Source: Candidatus Dadabacteria bacterium
GTDB lineage: Bacteria; Desulfobacterota_D; UBA1144; Nemesobacterales; CSP1-2
Direction of reading: 5' to 3'
Length of the DNA stretch: 43,917 bases
NCBI GenBank assembly: GCA_023250035.1
Contig: JAHFBK010000003.1
Span: 1-43,917 of the forward strand
The notes under the pieces were generated by a model. That model made no database searches and was not told where the DNA came from. It saw nothing but the letters and a program-made list of their open reading frames with translations. A program made the position numbers and the translations under genes. Every line of letters starts with the position of its first letter. Position 1 is the stretch's first letter. Of this stretch, positions 33,837-42,508 are shown in pieces.

Positions 33837-35048
33837 ATGAAAAGAGTCTACTTAGATTACAACGCAACAACGCCGATTGACCCTCGTGTTCTTGAGGCGA
33901 TGATTCCTTATATGAAGGAGGAGTTTGGAAACCCTTCGAGTATCCACTCCTATGGAATGGCAGGAAAGGCTGCGCTTGATAATTCAAGAGAACAAATAGC
34001 TGAGCTTCTCGGAGCACGCCCTAAAGAGATTGTTTTTACGAGTGGTGGAAGTGAGAGTAATAATTTTGCTACAAAAGGAATTGCTTTTCTCCTAAGAGAG
34101 AAAGGGAACCATCTAATTACCACTCAAGTGGAACATGCTTCCGTTCTTGAAACATGTCGATTTCTTGAAACACAGGGGTTTCGAGTTACTTATCTCGGGG
34201 TAGACAAATACGGTCTTATTGATTTAGAGGAACTTAAAGAAACAATAACAGATGATACAATTCTCGTTTCGGTTATGTTTGCAAATAACGAAACTGGCGT
34301 GATAATGCCTATACAAGAAATTGCAGAGCTCGTGAAAGAAAAGGGGGTTATTTTTCATACCGATGCTATCCAGGCTGTCGGAAGGATTGACATAAATTTG
34401 AAGAATCTCCCAGTTGATCTTCTGTCTCTTTCTGGTCATAAACTCTATGGGCCAAAGGGGATAGGCGCGCTATTTGTAAGAACTGGTGTAGAGACACGCC
34501 ATGGCGTGTCTCTACAGCCTCTTATTCACGGAGGAGGACAGGAAAGAGGAAGGCGTTCAGGTACAGAGAATGTGGCTGGAATTATGGGACTTGGGAAGGC
34601 ATGTGAAATTTTGAAAGAAGATGCAGGATACAAGATGCAGGGTGCAAGAATAAAAGAATTGAGGGATGAGCTTTACGAGGGAATATCGGAAAGAATTAGC
34701 GGATTAAAACTAAACGGTCATCCTGAAAAGAGGCTTTCAAATACATTAAATTTGAGTTTTGAGGGAGTAGAGGGTGAATCGCTCGTAATGAACCTTGACC
34801 TTGAAGGGATAGCCGTATCTACCGGCTCCGCCTGTTCCGAAGGAAATGTTGAACCTTCCCATGTCCTACTTGCAATGGGTCTATCCAAAGAGCAAGCCGT
34901 TTCATCCCTGAGATTCAGTCTTGGAAGGTTCACGCGTAAAGAAGATATAGACAGAGTGCTTGAAGTTCTCCCTGTGATTATAGGGAGGATAAGAGGAATT
35001 AGATTGGTAGAGACGCCATTAATGGCGTCTCTACAGGATAGGAAATAA
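33837..35048 (+). CDS. nifS: cysteine desulfurase (NifS/IscS family) carrying REP-derived segments
   Basis: 403 aa with YLDYNATTP, GNPSSIHS, TSGGSESNN, SLSGHKLYGPKG (PLP lysine), HGGGQERGRRSGTENV and the active-site region STGSACS. Confidence 0.85.
   Translation: MKRVYLDYNATTPIDPRVLEAMIPYMKEEFGNPSSIHSYGMAGKAALDNSREQIAELLGARPKEIVFTSGGSESNNFATKGIAFLLREKGNHLITTQVEHASVLETCRFLETQGFRVTYLGVDKYGLIDLEELKETITDDTILVSVMFANNETGVIMPIQEIAELVKEKGVIFHTDAIQAVGRIDINLKNLPVDLLSLSGHKLYGPKGIGALFVRTGVETRHGVSLQPLIHGGGQERGRRSGTENVAGIMGLGKACEILKEDAGYKMQGARIKELRDELYEGISERISGLKLNGHPEKRLSNTLNLSFEGVEGESLVMNLDLEGIAVSTGSACSEGNVEPSHVLLAMGLSKEQAVSSLRFSLGRFTRKEDIDRVLEVLPVIIGRIRGIRLVETPLMASLQDRK
34488..34515. repeat. REP-like perfect palindrome GTAGAGACACGCCATGGCGTGTCTCTAC inside the nifS ORF
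   Basis: A 28 nt perfect palindrome read in-frame as V-E-T-R-H-G-V-S-L-Q. The intergenic copy at 40337-40363 is identical over 27 nt. Confidence 0.85.
35007..35034. repeat. REP-like perfect palindrome forming the 3' end of nifS
   Basis: A 28 nt perfect palindrome translated as the nifS C-terminal LVETPLMASLQ, followed by DRK-stop. Confidence 0.85.
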
Positions 35049-35626
35049 TGTGTAACGCGGATTTATACAGAGGGAAATACCGGATAAAACCCGCCAGATT
35101 AAAAGAATGGGATTGTTCATCTAGTGGTTATTATTTTGTCACGATTTGTACAAAAAATCAGGAATGCGTATTTGGTAGAATAGTTGATGATAAAATGGTA
35201 TTAACAGGGATCGGAAACATCGTAAAACGATATTGGTTAGAAATTCCAGAACATTTTCAAGATGTTAAATTAGATGAATTTATAATTATTCCAAATCATG
35301 TTCATGGAATTGTAATAATTAATAATCAATATTGTAGAGACGCCATTAATGGCGTCTCTACAGATAGTGGAGGAATTACAAGAGCGCATAATCCTATGTT
35401 ATCGGAAAATTCATTATCAAAAATAATACGTTGGTATAAGGGACGATGCACATTTGAAATCAATAAAATTCAGAGAAAATTCTGTTTTACCTGGCAATCC
35501 AGGTTCTATGACCATATTATCCGAAATGAAAAATCGTTACAAAAAATCAGGGAATACATAAATAACAACACATTAAAATGGGATATAGATGAAAATAACC
35601 CTGCTGTTTTTTGCAAAGAAGACTAG
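35048..35626 (+). CDS. IS200-like HUH/Tyr transposase, RAYT-like
   Basis: 192 aa with YYFVTICTKN, the HUH motif PNHVHGIVII, and WQSRFYDHIIRNE (candidate catalytic Tyr region). Its start overlaps the nifS stop (TAATG). Confidence 0.75.
   Translation: MCNADLYRGKYRIKPARLKEWDCSSSGYYFVTICTKNQECVFGRIVDDKMVLTGIGNIVKRYWLEIPEHFQDVKLDEFIIIPNHVHGIVIINNQYCRDAINGVSTDSGGITRAHNPMLSENSLSKIIRWYKGRCTFEINKIQRKFCFTWQSRFYDHIIRNEKSLQKIREYINNNTLKWDIDENNPAVFCKED
35334..35361. repeat. REP-like perfect palindrome inside the RAYT-like ORF
   Basis: Identical 28-mer to 35007-35034, read as (C)RDAINGVST between the HUH motif and the Tyr region. Confidence 0.85.
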
Positions 35627-35670
35627 AGAATGAAAGCCCTTGTTACTAAGAAAAAGCGGATATACATTAT

Positions 35671-35697
35671 GTAGAGACGCCATTGATGGCGTCTCTA
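35671..35697. repeat. REP-like palindrome (one central mismatch) overlapping the argC stop codon
   Basis: GTAGAGACGCCATTGATGGCGTCTCTA. The argC stop (rc of 35695-35697) lies within its last 3 nt. Confidence 0.8.
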
Positions 35698-36735
35698 AGG
35701 AAACACTGGAGGCATGTCTAGCCCTAGGGATTCAGGAAATCCCATCATAACGTTCATATTTTGAATAGCCTGACCTGATGCGCCTTTTACTAGGTTGTCA
35801 AGAACTGAGATTATAATTGCAGTTCTATTCTTTGGATTTGCCCTTATCCCAATGTCACAGAAGTTTGAACCCCTGACATCTCCTGTTGATGGGTAGGTTT
35901 TTTCAGGTGTGATTCTTATGAATCTTTTTCCCTTATAGAAATTTTCATAAAGTTCAAGAAGCTCTTTAGTTGTTATTTCTTCTCTCAGTCTTACATAAAT
36001 GGTAGAAAGAATCCCCCTATCCATAGGGATCAAATGTGGTGTGAATGAAACCCTTACGTTAAGTCCTGAATAGTTTGAAAGAACCTCGTCAATCTCAGGC
36101 GTGTGGCGATGATCCCCGACCTTGTAAGCTTTTACACCTTCATTCACCTCACAGAAATGGTAAGCAAGCTCCGGTGACCTTCCAGCGCCTGAGACGCCTG
36201 ACTTGGAGTCAATTATGATTGAGTCCTCTTCTATCATCTTGTTTTTAACCACCGGCGCAAGCCCTAGAATCGCAGATTCTGGATAACATCCGGGGTTTGC
36301 AACGAGTTTGGCTTTTGCAATCTTGGATTCAAAAAGTTCTGTTATTCCGTAAACCGCCTGAGGGATTAATTCAGGGCATGGATGTTCCCCATACCATTCC
36401 TTGTAGACATGGTAGCTCAGCCTGAAATCTGCACCCAAGTCTACAACCCTTTTTCCTCTCTCTACGAGTTCTTCAACTACCTTTGCCGATGCCCCGTGGG
36501 GAAGTGCGGCAAAGACAATCTCGATCTCATCGGGTATTGATTTCAAATCAAGTGGCTGAAGTTCCAGCTTGAAGAAGTTTCTTAAATGAGGAAGAACTTC
36601 TGAAACCGTTTTCCCAGCGTGTTTTTCGGCTGTTGCGTGGGTCACTTCAACTTTGGGATGAGTAATAAGGAATCTGAGAAGATCGCTTCCAGTGTAGCCA
36701 CTCGCTCCAAGCACCGCAACGCTTTTCTTCTCCAT
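35695..36735 (-). CDS. argC: N-acetyl-gamma-glutamyl-phosphate reductase
   Basis: 346 aa with GASGYTG and the NPGCYPES active-site Cys region. Confidence 0.9.
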   Translation of the reverse strand: MEKKSVAVLGASGYTGSDLLRFLITHPKVEVTHATAEKHAGKTVSEVLPHLRNFFKLELQPLDLKSIPDEIEIVFAALPHGASAKVVEELVERGKRVVDLGADFRLSYHVYKEWYGEHPCPELIPQAVYGITELFESKIAKAKLVANPGCYPESAILGLAPVVKNKMIEEDSIIIDSKSGVSGAGRSPELAYHFCEVNEGVKAYKVGDHRHTPEIDEVLSNYSGLNVRVSFTPHLIPMDRGILSTIYVRLREEITTKELLELYENFYKGKRFIRITPEKTYPSTGDVRGSNFCDIGIRANPKNRTAIIISVLDNLVKGASGQAIQNMNVMMGFPESLGLDMPPVFP

Positions 36736-36878
36736 GGGATTTGAAAAGTATCTGGTAATTGAGGTAAATGCAAGTTTTCATTGGGCTTACGCCTTATTAA
36801 ACCTTGACTCTAGGGGTCAAAATATGTAATGTAAAATATAAATACCATTCTGAATCTAACTCATCCTGGAGGAATACG

Positions 36879-37886
36879 ATGTCAATTAAGGTAGGCATTA
36901 ATGGCTTTGGAAGAATTGGTAGAAACGTGCTCCGAATCGGGGTTGAAAGAAAAGGATTAGAATTTGTAGGTATAAACGATATTACTGATGCTAAAACGCT
37001 TGCTCATCTTTTTAAATATGACTCTATTTTTGGTTCCTATAAAGGCGAGGTTAAGTCGGAAAACAGTCATGTTGTAATAGACGGGAAGAAGATAAGGGTC
37101 TTTTCGGAAAAAGAACCATCAAGGATTTCTTGGGAGGATGTAAGTGCACAGGTGGTTGTTGAGGCAAGCGGGCTATTTACCTCAAGGGAAGCCGCATCAA
37201 AACACCTTCATGGAACTGTAAAGAAGGTGATAATCACAGCACCTGCAAAGGGTGAGGTTGACCTTACCACTGTTTTAGGCGTAAATGAGAATCAATACGA
37301 TCATTCAAAACACCACGTTTTATCTAACGCCTCCTGCACTACGAACTGTTTTGCAATGCTTGTCAAGGTGTTACATGAGAATTTCAGGATTAAAAGAGGA
37401 GAGATGTCTACGATTCATTCCTACACAAATGATCAGAGAATACTCGACGCCCCACACAAGGATTTAAGAAGGGCACGTGCTGCAGCATTATCTATAATTC
37501 CTACTAGCACTGGGGCCGCAAAGGCGATTGAATTGATATTCCCTGAATTAAAAGGCAAATTGAGCTCGGTGGCGATGAGGATTCCTACTTCTGATGTATC
37601 GCTCGTTGACTTTTCATGTGAGGTGGAAAAGGTTTCGACTGCTGGCGAGGTTAACAGAAAATTTAAAGAAGCCTCTGAGCGGGAGCTTAAAGGCTATTTG
37701 AGATACGTAGATGAAGAGCTCGTTTCTGTGGATTTTGTGGGTGATACACATTCTGGGATCTTTGATTCATCTCTTACCTCCGTTGTGGATGGCACACTTG
37801 TTAAGGTTCTAGGATGGTATGATAACGAATATGGATACTCATCTAGGGTAGTAGACCTGATCGAATTCATTGGAGATAAGTTTTAA
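36879..37886 (+). CDS. gap: glyceraldehyde-3-phosphate dehydrogenase
   Basis: 335 aa from MSIKVGINGFGRIGR (GGAGG 6 nt upstream), with the SNASCTTNC active site and WYDNEYGYS. The 25 aa N-terminal extension in the ORF track (36804) is unlikely. Confidence 0.9.
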   Translation: MSIKVGINGFGRIGRNVLRIGVERKGLEFVGINDITDAKTLAHLFKYDSIFGSYKGEVKSENSHVVIDGKKIRVFSEKEPSRISWEDVSAQVVVEASGLFTSREAASKHLHGTVKKVIITAPAKGEVDLTTVLGVNENQYDHSKHHVLSNASCTTNCFAMLVKVLHENFRIKRGEMSTIHSYTNDQRILDAPHKDLRRARAAALSIIPTSTGAAKAIELIFPELKGKLSSVAMRIPTSDVSLVDFSCEVEKVSTAGEVNRKFKEASERELKGYLRYVDEELVSVDFVGDTHSGIFDSSLTSVVDGTLVKVLGWYDNEYGYSSRVVDLIEFIGDKF

Positions 37887-39079
37887 TGGCAAAAATGGTG
37901 GTATCCGACCTTCCTGATTCTACGTTTGAAGGGAGGCGAGTGTTTGTGAGGGTTGACTTTAATGTGCCGATTAAAGACGGGGTAATCAGCGAAGATTATA
38001 GAATTAGAAGAACAATCCCAACCATTGATTATCTTATAGAAAGGGGAGCAAAGGTAATCCTTGCCTCACACCTTGGAAGGCCAAGAGGGATGGTAATCCC
38101 TGATCTTTCTTTGAGACCTGTTTCCTTACGCCTTTCTGAGCTTCTTGGAAAGCATGTTAGTTTCATAGAATACGGACTAAACGATGAGGTGAAAATGGCT
38201 GTTCACGAGCTTCAAGAAGGTGAGGTAATGCTTCTTGAGAATCTAAGATTTCACAAGGAGGAAACGGAAAACGATCCCCATTTTTCAAAGGAGATTGCAT
38301 CGCTTGCGGATATTTACGTAAACGACGCTTTTGGTACATCTCATAGAAAACACGCTTCAACTTACGGAATGGCATTTAACTTTGATTTGAGGCTGGCTGG
38401 ATTTCTAGTTAATAGGGAGTTAAAATTTCTTACTAGACTACGTGAAAACCCTGATCACCCATATGTCGTAATAGTAGGAGGATCGAAAATTAAGGATAAA
38501 ATAAACGCACTGAAGCATCTACTAGAGAAGGCTGACAAGGTTCTTATTGGTGGCGGAGTTGCTTACACATTCCTAAAAGCTAAGGGGGTGAATGTAGGGG
38601 GCTCTATAACAGAAGATGAAATGATTGATTGGGTAAGGGAATCATTAGAAGAATACGAAGAAAAGATCTTTCTTCCTATTGACCATGTAGTTGCAGAAAG
38701 TCTTGAACATAGAAAAATCTGTATGGTTGTGGATCAGGAAATCCCTGAGCATTTTAAAGGGTTCGACATCGGGCCTAAAACGGTGAATCTATACACATCG
38801 GAGATTAAGGGAACAGGGTCTATTTTCTGGAACGGCCCCATGGGGGTCTTTGAAGTGAGTGATTTTTCGGCAGGCACAACACACATAGCACGCGCGATTG
38901 CGCTTGCTACATGGCGTGGAGCTACAACCGTAATCGGAGGTGGGGACACAATCGCTGCCATAAGAAAGGCAGAGGTAATGGATTCTGAAATCGTTCATAT
39001 TTCTACCGGAGGTGGAGCTTTCCTTGAATTTCTTGGTGGTGCTGAGCTTCCCGGGATCTCAGTGCTTTGTGATAAATAA
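37886..39079 (+). CDS. pgk: phosphoglycerate kinase
   Basis: 397 aa with RVDFNVP, ASHLGRP, DAFGTSHR and GGGD motifs. Its start overlaps the gap stop (TAATG). Confidence 0.9.
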   Translation: MAKMVVSDLPDSTFEGRRVFVRVDFNVPIKDGVISEDYRIRRTIPTIDYLIERGAKVILASHLGRPRGMVIPDLSLRPVSLRLSELLGKHVSFIEYGLNDEVKMAVHELQEGEVMLLENLRFHKEETENDPHFSKEIASLADIYVNDAFGTSHRKHASTYGMAFNFDLRLAGFLVNRELKFLTRLRENPDHPYVVIVGGSKIKDKINALKHLLEKADKVLIGGGVAYTFLKAKGVNVGGSITEDEMIDWVRESLEEYEEKIFLPIDHVVAESLEHRKICMVVDQEIPEHFKGFDIGPKTVNLYTSEIKGTGSIFWNGPMGVFEVSDFSAGTTHIARAIALATWRGATTVIGGGDTIAAIRKAEVMDSEIVHISTGGGAFLEFLGGAELPGISVLCDK

Positions 39080-39103
39080 AAATATAAAAAGGGGGATAGA
39101 AAA

Positions 39104-40189
39104 ATGGCAAAAGCTCAAACATCTGCAAAAGGAAATATAGATTGGGTTCTTGAGTTATTGGGAAATGAAGCAGACTCTATTCTAAGTCACAAATGTAAAA
39201 CAATTCCAAAAGAGCAGTTGCATCTTCCAGGACCTTCTTTTGTTGATGAGGTATTGGTTCCTTCGGACCGCACTCCTTCTGTCTTGAGGAATATGCAACT
39301 ACTTTTCAATACCGGCCGCTTAGCAGGCACTGGATACCTATCTATCTTACCTGTTGATCAGGGCATAGAGCATTCTGCAGGGGCCTCTTTTGCTCCGAAT
39401 CCAATCTATTTTGATCCTGAGAACATTGTTAAACTTGCGATTGAGGGGGGTTGTAATGCTGTTGCTTCTACACTTGGTGTCTTAGGGTCAGTTGCAAGGA
39501 GGTATGCGCATAAGATCCCATTTCTTGTCAAGATTAACCATAATGAATTACTTACCTACCCAAACAAATACGACCAAATCCTCTTTGGCACTGTGGATCA
39601 AGCCTTTCAGATGGGGGCTGTCTCTGTCGGAGCAACTATATATTTTGGCTCACCGGAGAGCACTCGCCAGATTCAAGAGATATCAAGGGCTTTTCAATAT
39701 GCTCATAGTTTAGGATTAGTCACAGTGCTCTGGGCATACCTCCGGAATCCTGCTTTTAAGGTTGGTGATACTGATTATCATCTTTCTGCTGATTTAACTG
39801 GACAGGCTAATCACCTAAGCGCAACGATTGAAGCCGATATAGTAAAACAAAAGCAAGCTGAAAATAATGGAGGGTTTAAAGCCTTAAAATTTGGAAAGAC
39901 GGATGAAAGGGTTTATACGGAACTAACTTCAAGCCACCCAATCGATTTAACCCGTTATCAGGTCATAAATTGTTATATGGGAAGGGCTGGTTTAATTAAT
40001 TCAGGCGGTGAGTCCGCAGGTGCTAGTGATCTTGCCCAAGCAGTACGTACAGCGGTGATAAATAAAAGGGCCGGTGGAATGGGATTAATTACTGGACGGA
40101 AATCCTTCCAGAAACCGATGAAAGAAGGTGTAGAATTACTAAACGCTGTTCAGGATGTTTATCTAAATAAAGATATAACGGTTGCATAG
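39104..40189 (+). CDS. fbaB: class I fructose-bisphosphate aldolase (FbaB/DhnA type)
   Basis: 361 aa, collinear with E. coli FbaB as I recall it ([91 protein letters not shown]). Confidence 0.85.
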   Translation: MAKAQTSAKGNIDWVLELLGNEADSILSHKCKTIPKEQLHLPGPSFVDEVLVPSDRTPSVLRNMQLLFNTGRLAGTGYLSILPVDQGIEHSAGASFAPNPIYFDPENIVKLAIEGGCNAVASTLGVLGSVARRYAHKIPFLVKINHNELLTYPNKYDQILFGTVDQAFQMGAVSVGATIYFGSPESTRQIQEISRAFQYAHSLGLVTVLWAYLRNPAFKVGDTDYHLSADLTGQANHLSATIEADIVKQKQAENNGGFKALKFGKTDERVYTELTSSHPIDLTRYQVINCYMGRAGLINSGGESAGASDLAQAVRTAVINKRAGGMGLITGRKSFQKPMKEGVELLNAVQDVYLNKDITVA

Positions 40190-40198
40190 ATTTAAATT

Positions 40199-40620
40199 GT
40201 AGGGGCGAGTCTTGTACTCGCCCTATCTGATGGGTACCCTGGACATTCTTGTCCCACATAAGTTATCCTCCCCCTTGCGGGGTCCAGTATCTCGAGCGCA
40301 GTCTGCGAGAGATGGAAATAAAAAATCAAGGTGGGGGTAGAGACACGCCATGGCGTGTCTCTAAAATAACGTGAGGCAGAATTAAGTGTAGCGGAGACCT
40401 TTAGGTCTCCATGGGCATTTGTCATTCCCAAATGTTACCCACTAAAGGCATGTGTGTACAAGCTTTATTGGGAATCCAGATGACTATTTTTGTATGAGCA
40501 ACTTCCAGCCGCGATAAAGATTGTAGGCACGAATTTATTCGTGCAAAGTAAGAAAGGAAAGCACAGACAAGCCTGTGCCTACAAAAAATTGTAGATTGTA
40601 GGCACGAATTTATTCGTGCA
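40199..40620. repeat. cluster of six REP-like hairpins (BIME-like) in the fbaB-fbp convergent gap
   Basis: The six hairpins are: 40199-40226 GTAGGGGCGAGTCTTGTACTCGCCCTAT; 40337-40363 GTAGAGACACGCCATGGCGTGTCTCTA; 40388-40410 GTAGCGGAGACC-TTTA-GGTCTCC; 40523-40545 and 40598-40620 GTAGGCACGAATTTATTCGTGCA (identical); 40561-40582 GCACAG-ACAAGC-CTGTGCCTAC. Confidence 0.8.
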
Positions 40621-40680
40621 ATAAAGTAGGGACCGCTGCGATATAATCGAACTAGGTAAAGATGTAACACTCGTGTGAAT

Positions 40681-41691
40681 TCAGGCAGATGGGTAGTCAC
40701 TTATAAATTCCTCTGCCTTTAATACCATCTCCTCTGAACCAATGAAGATAGGGGTTCTTTGATGCAGTTCTTTAGGCTCAATATCCAGGATACGTTTGTA
40801 TCCATCCGATGCCCTGCCTCCAGCCTGTTCTACTATGAAAGATATGGGATTGCATTCATAAAGAAGTCTTAACTTCCCGCGTGGAGCCTCTTTTGTCGGG
40901 GGGTAAATAAATATGCCACCGCTGATTAAGTTTCTATGAATATCCGCTACCATTGAGCCAATGTACCTCAGTGAATAGGGACGGTTTGTCGCTTTATCCT
41001 CTTGCTTACAGTATCTAATATACTGTTTTACAGGTTCGGGAAAGCTTACAAAGTACCCCTGATTAATCGAATATATCTTACCGCTCTTTGGTGTTTGCAT
41101 GTCGGGATGAGAAAGACAAAATTCACCAATAGAGGGGTCTAGGGTAAACCCATTTACTCCATGACCTGTAGTATAGACAAGCATTGTTGAAGAACCGTAA
41201 ACGATGTACCCTGCCGCAACCTGCTCAGAGCCTTTCTGGAGAAAATCTTGTAAAGTGGGGGGACCCATTGATGAAACCTGTCTGTATATAGAGAATATCG
41301 TTCCGACAGATACATTGACGTCAATATTAGAAGAACCATCCAGTGGATCTATAGCAACAATGTATTTTGCATTTTTTGATATTTCATCATCAAAGACGAT
41401 GATATCTTTAGTTTCTTCAGAGGCAATGCCAGAACATTGCCCTCCTAGTTTTAAAGCTGCAATAAAGCGAGTATTAGCGTAAACATCTAACTTTTTTACC
41501 TCCTCTCCCTGCACGTTTATGGCGCCTGTCGTGCCTAAAATATCTACTAACCCGGCTTTATTTACCTCTCTATTAACAACCTTAGCCGCTAGACCTATGT
41601 CTCTCAGCAGGCGAGATAATTCGCCTTTAGTATAAGGCAATTCATCCTGCTTTCTGATAATGAACTCGTCTAACGTTTCTATACCAATCAT
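40681..41691 (-). CDS. fbp: class 1 fructose-1,6-bisphosphatase
   Basis: 336 aa with [10 protein letters not shown], the [11 protein letters not shown] region and the YPP...[10 protein letters not shown] motif. Confidence 0.9.
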   Translation of the reverse strand: MIGIETLDEFIIRKQDELPYTKGELSRLLRDIGLAAKVVNREVNKAGLVDILGTTGAINVQGEEVKKLDVYANTRFIAALKLGGQCSGIASEETKDIIVFDDEISKNAKYIVAIDPLDGSSNIDVNVSVGTIFSIYRQVSSMGPPTLQDFLQKGSEQVAAGYIVYGSSTMLVYTTGHGVNGFTLDPSIGEFCLSHPDMQTPKSGKIYSINQGYFVSFPEPVKQYIRYCKQEDKATNRPYSLRYIGSMVADIHRNLISGGIFIYPPTKEAPRGKLRLLYECNPISFIVEQAGGRASDGYKRILDIEPKELHQRTPIFIGSEEMVLKAEEFISDYPSA

Positions 41692-41786
41692 GTTAAAAAT
41701 TTATAGTTATTAAGTAGTATACTCTTATCATTTTAATTTAAAATTTTAAATTGGCAAAACTTTCTGTTAGGGAGACTAACGAAATT

Positions 41787-42389
41787 TTATTTCTTAGACT
41801 CTTTCCCTCTTCCCTTTTTTTCTAGATAAGTTTCTTTAACCTTTTCAACTTCTTTTATTGCAGCTTTTATTCCCTTATCCTGGACTAATTTCTTTGCCTT
41901 TTGTAGATTCTCATCAAATTCATCAGGGATGATTTCTTTAAGGATTGATAATGACTCTTTAATATATGTAACTAGAATTGAGTTGATAAACGGAGGTCCT
42001 TTTTCTGATAAAAAGAAACCGAGACCTGCTATAATGAGAAAAGATATAATGACTCCCTTTATCGCACCAAAAAAGCCTCCACATATTCTATTAAACCAGT
42101 TTAGGTTTAAAGTGCCTACAATTTTGTTAAGTACGTAACCAATTAGGTTAATCACTACAAATGTGAAAAACATAATGAGAAGAAATCCGCATATGCTTGC
42201 TATACTCTTGCTTTTAATAAAGGAAGTTTTTATCAGTACTTCCCCAAGATAAGGATAAAACAGTACGGCAGCTAGGATTCCTCCAATAATAGCAAAAATT
42301 GATATTATCTCTTTAATAAGCCCGCGTTTGAGGCCAAGAAAAGCAAAGAGAGAAATTACTATTAAAATTACTACGTCCAGCCAGTTCAT
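41787..42389 (-). CDS. cvpA: CvpA-family membrane protein
   Basis: 200 aa with N-terminal MNWLDVVILIVISLFAFLGLKRGLIKE, four hydrophobic helices, and a charged C-terminal tail. Confidence 0.75.
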   Translation of the reverse strand: MNWLDVVILIVISLFAFLGLKRGLIKEIISIFAIIGGILAAVLFYPYLGEVLIKTSFIKSKSIASICGFLLIMFFTFVVINLIGYVLNKIVGTLNLNWFNRICGGFFGAIKGVIISFLIIAGLGFFLSEKGPPFINSILVTYIKESLSILKEIIPDEFDENLQKAKKLVQDKGIKAAIKEVEKVKETYLEKKGRGKESKK

Positions 42390-42407
42390 GTTTTAAGGGT
42401 TTCGAAT

Positions 42408-42486
42408 TAGCCACAGAGGGAACCGAGAACACAGATAAGTATTTAAAAAAGATTTTTCTCCTTGACCTCCGGGATCTCCATGGCTA
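42408..42486. repeat. hairpin element (TAGCCAC..GAG..CACAGA type), copy 2
   Basis: TAGCCACAGAGGGAACCGAGAACACAGATAAG ... TTTCTCCTTGACCTCCGGGATCTCCATGGCTA followed by T8. It shares the TAGCCA / TGGCTA ends and the GAGAACACAGA core with 19890-19961, and fills the sbcC-cvpA gap. Confidence 0.45.
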
Positions 42487-42508
42487 TTTTTTTTACTCAA
42501 ATCTACGA

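Larger units (their letters stand above)
35007..35697 (+). mobile_element. REP - RAYT-like transposase - REP cassette between nifS and argC
   Basis: GTAGAGACGCCATTAATGGCGTCTCTAC lies at 35007-35034 and again at 35334-35361, and the variant GTAGAGACGCCATTGATGGCGTCTCTA at 35671-35697. The transposase ORF 35048-35626 lies between the outer copies. Confidence 0.7.

Noticed and set aside
36804-36878. 25-codon N-terminal extension of GAPDH from a TTG start, as in the ORF track.
   Set aside because: The GAPDH family starts at the (M)xIKVGINGFGRIGR Rossmann motif. GGAGG precedes the ATG at 36879. The TTG at 36804 coincides with a TTGACT that is more likely a -35 box.
40192-40700. Two minus-strand ORFs (79 aa and 92 aa) in the supplied track.
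   Set aside because: They are read through a string of palindromic REP hairpins. They have no RBS and a low-complexity, odd composition (for example ARINSCLQS repeated because the hairpin is repeated). They are almost certainly not genes.
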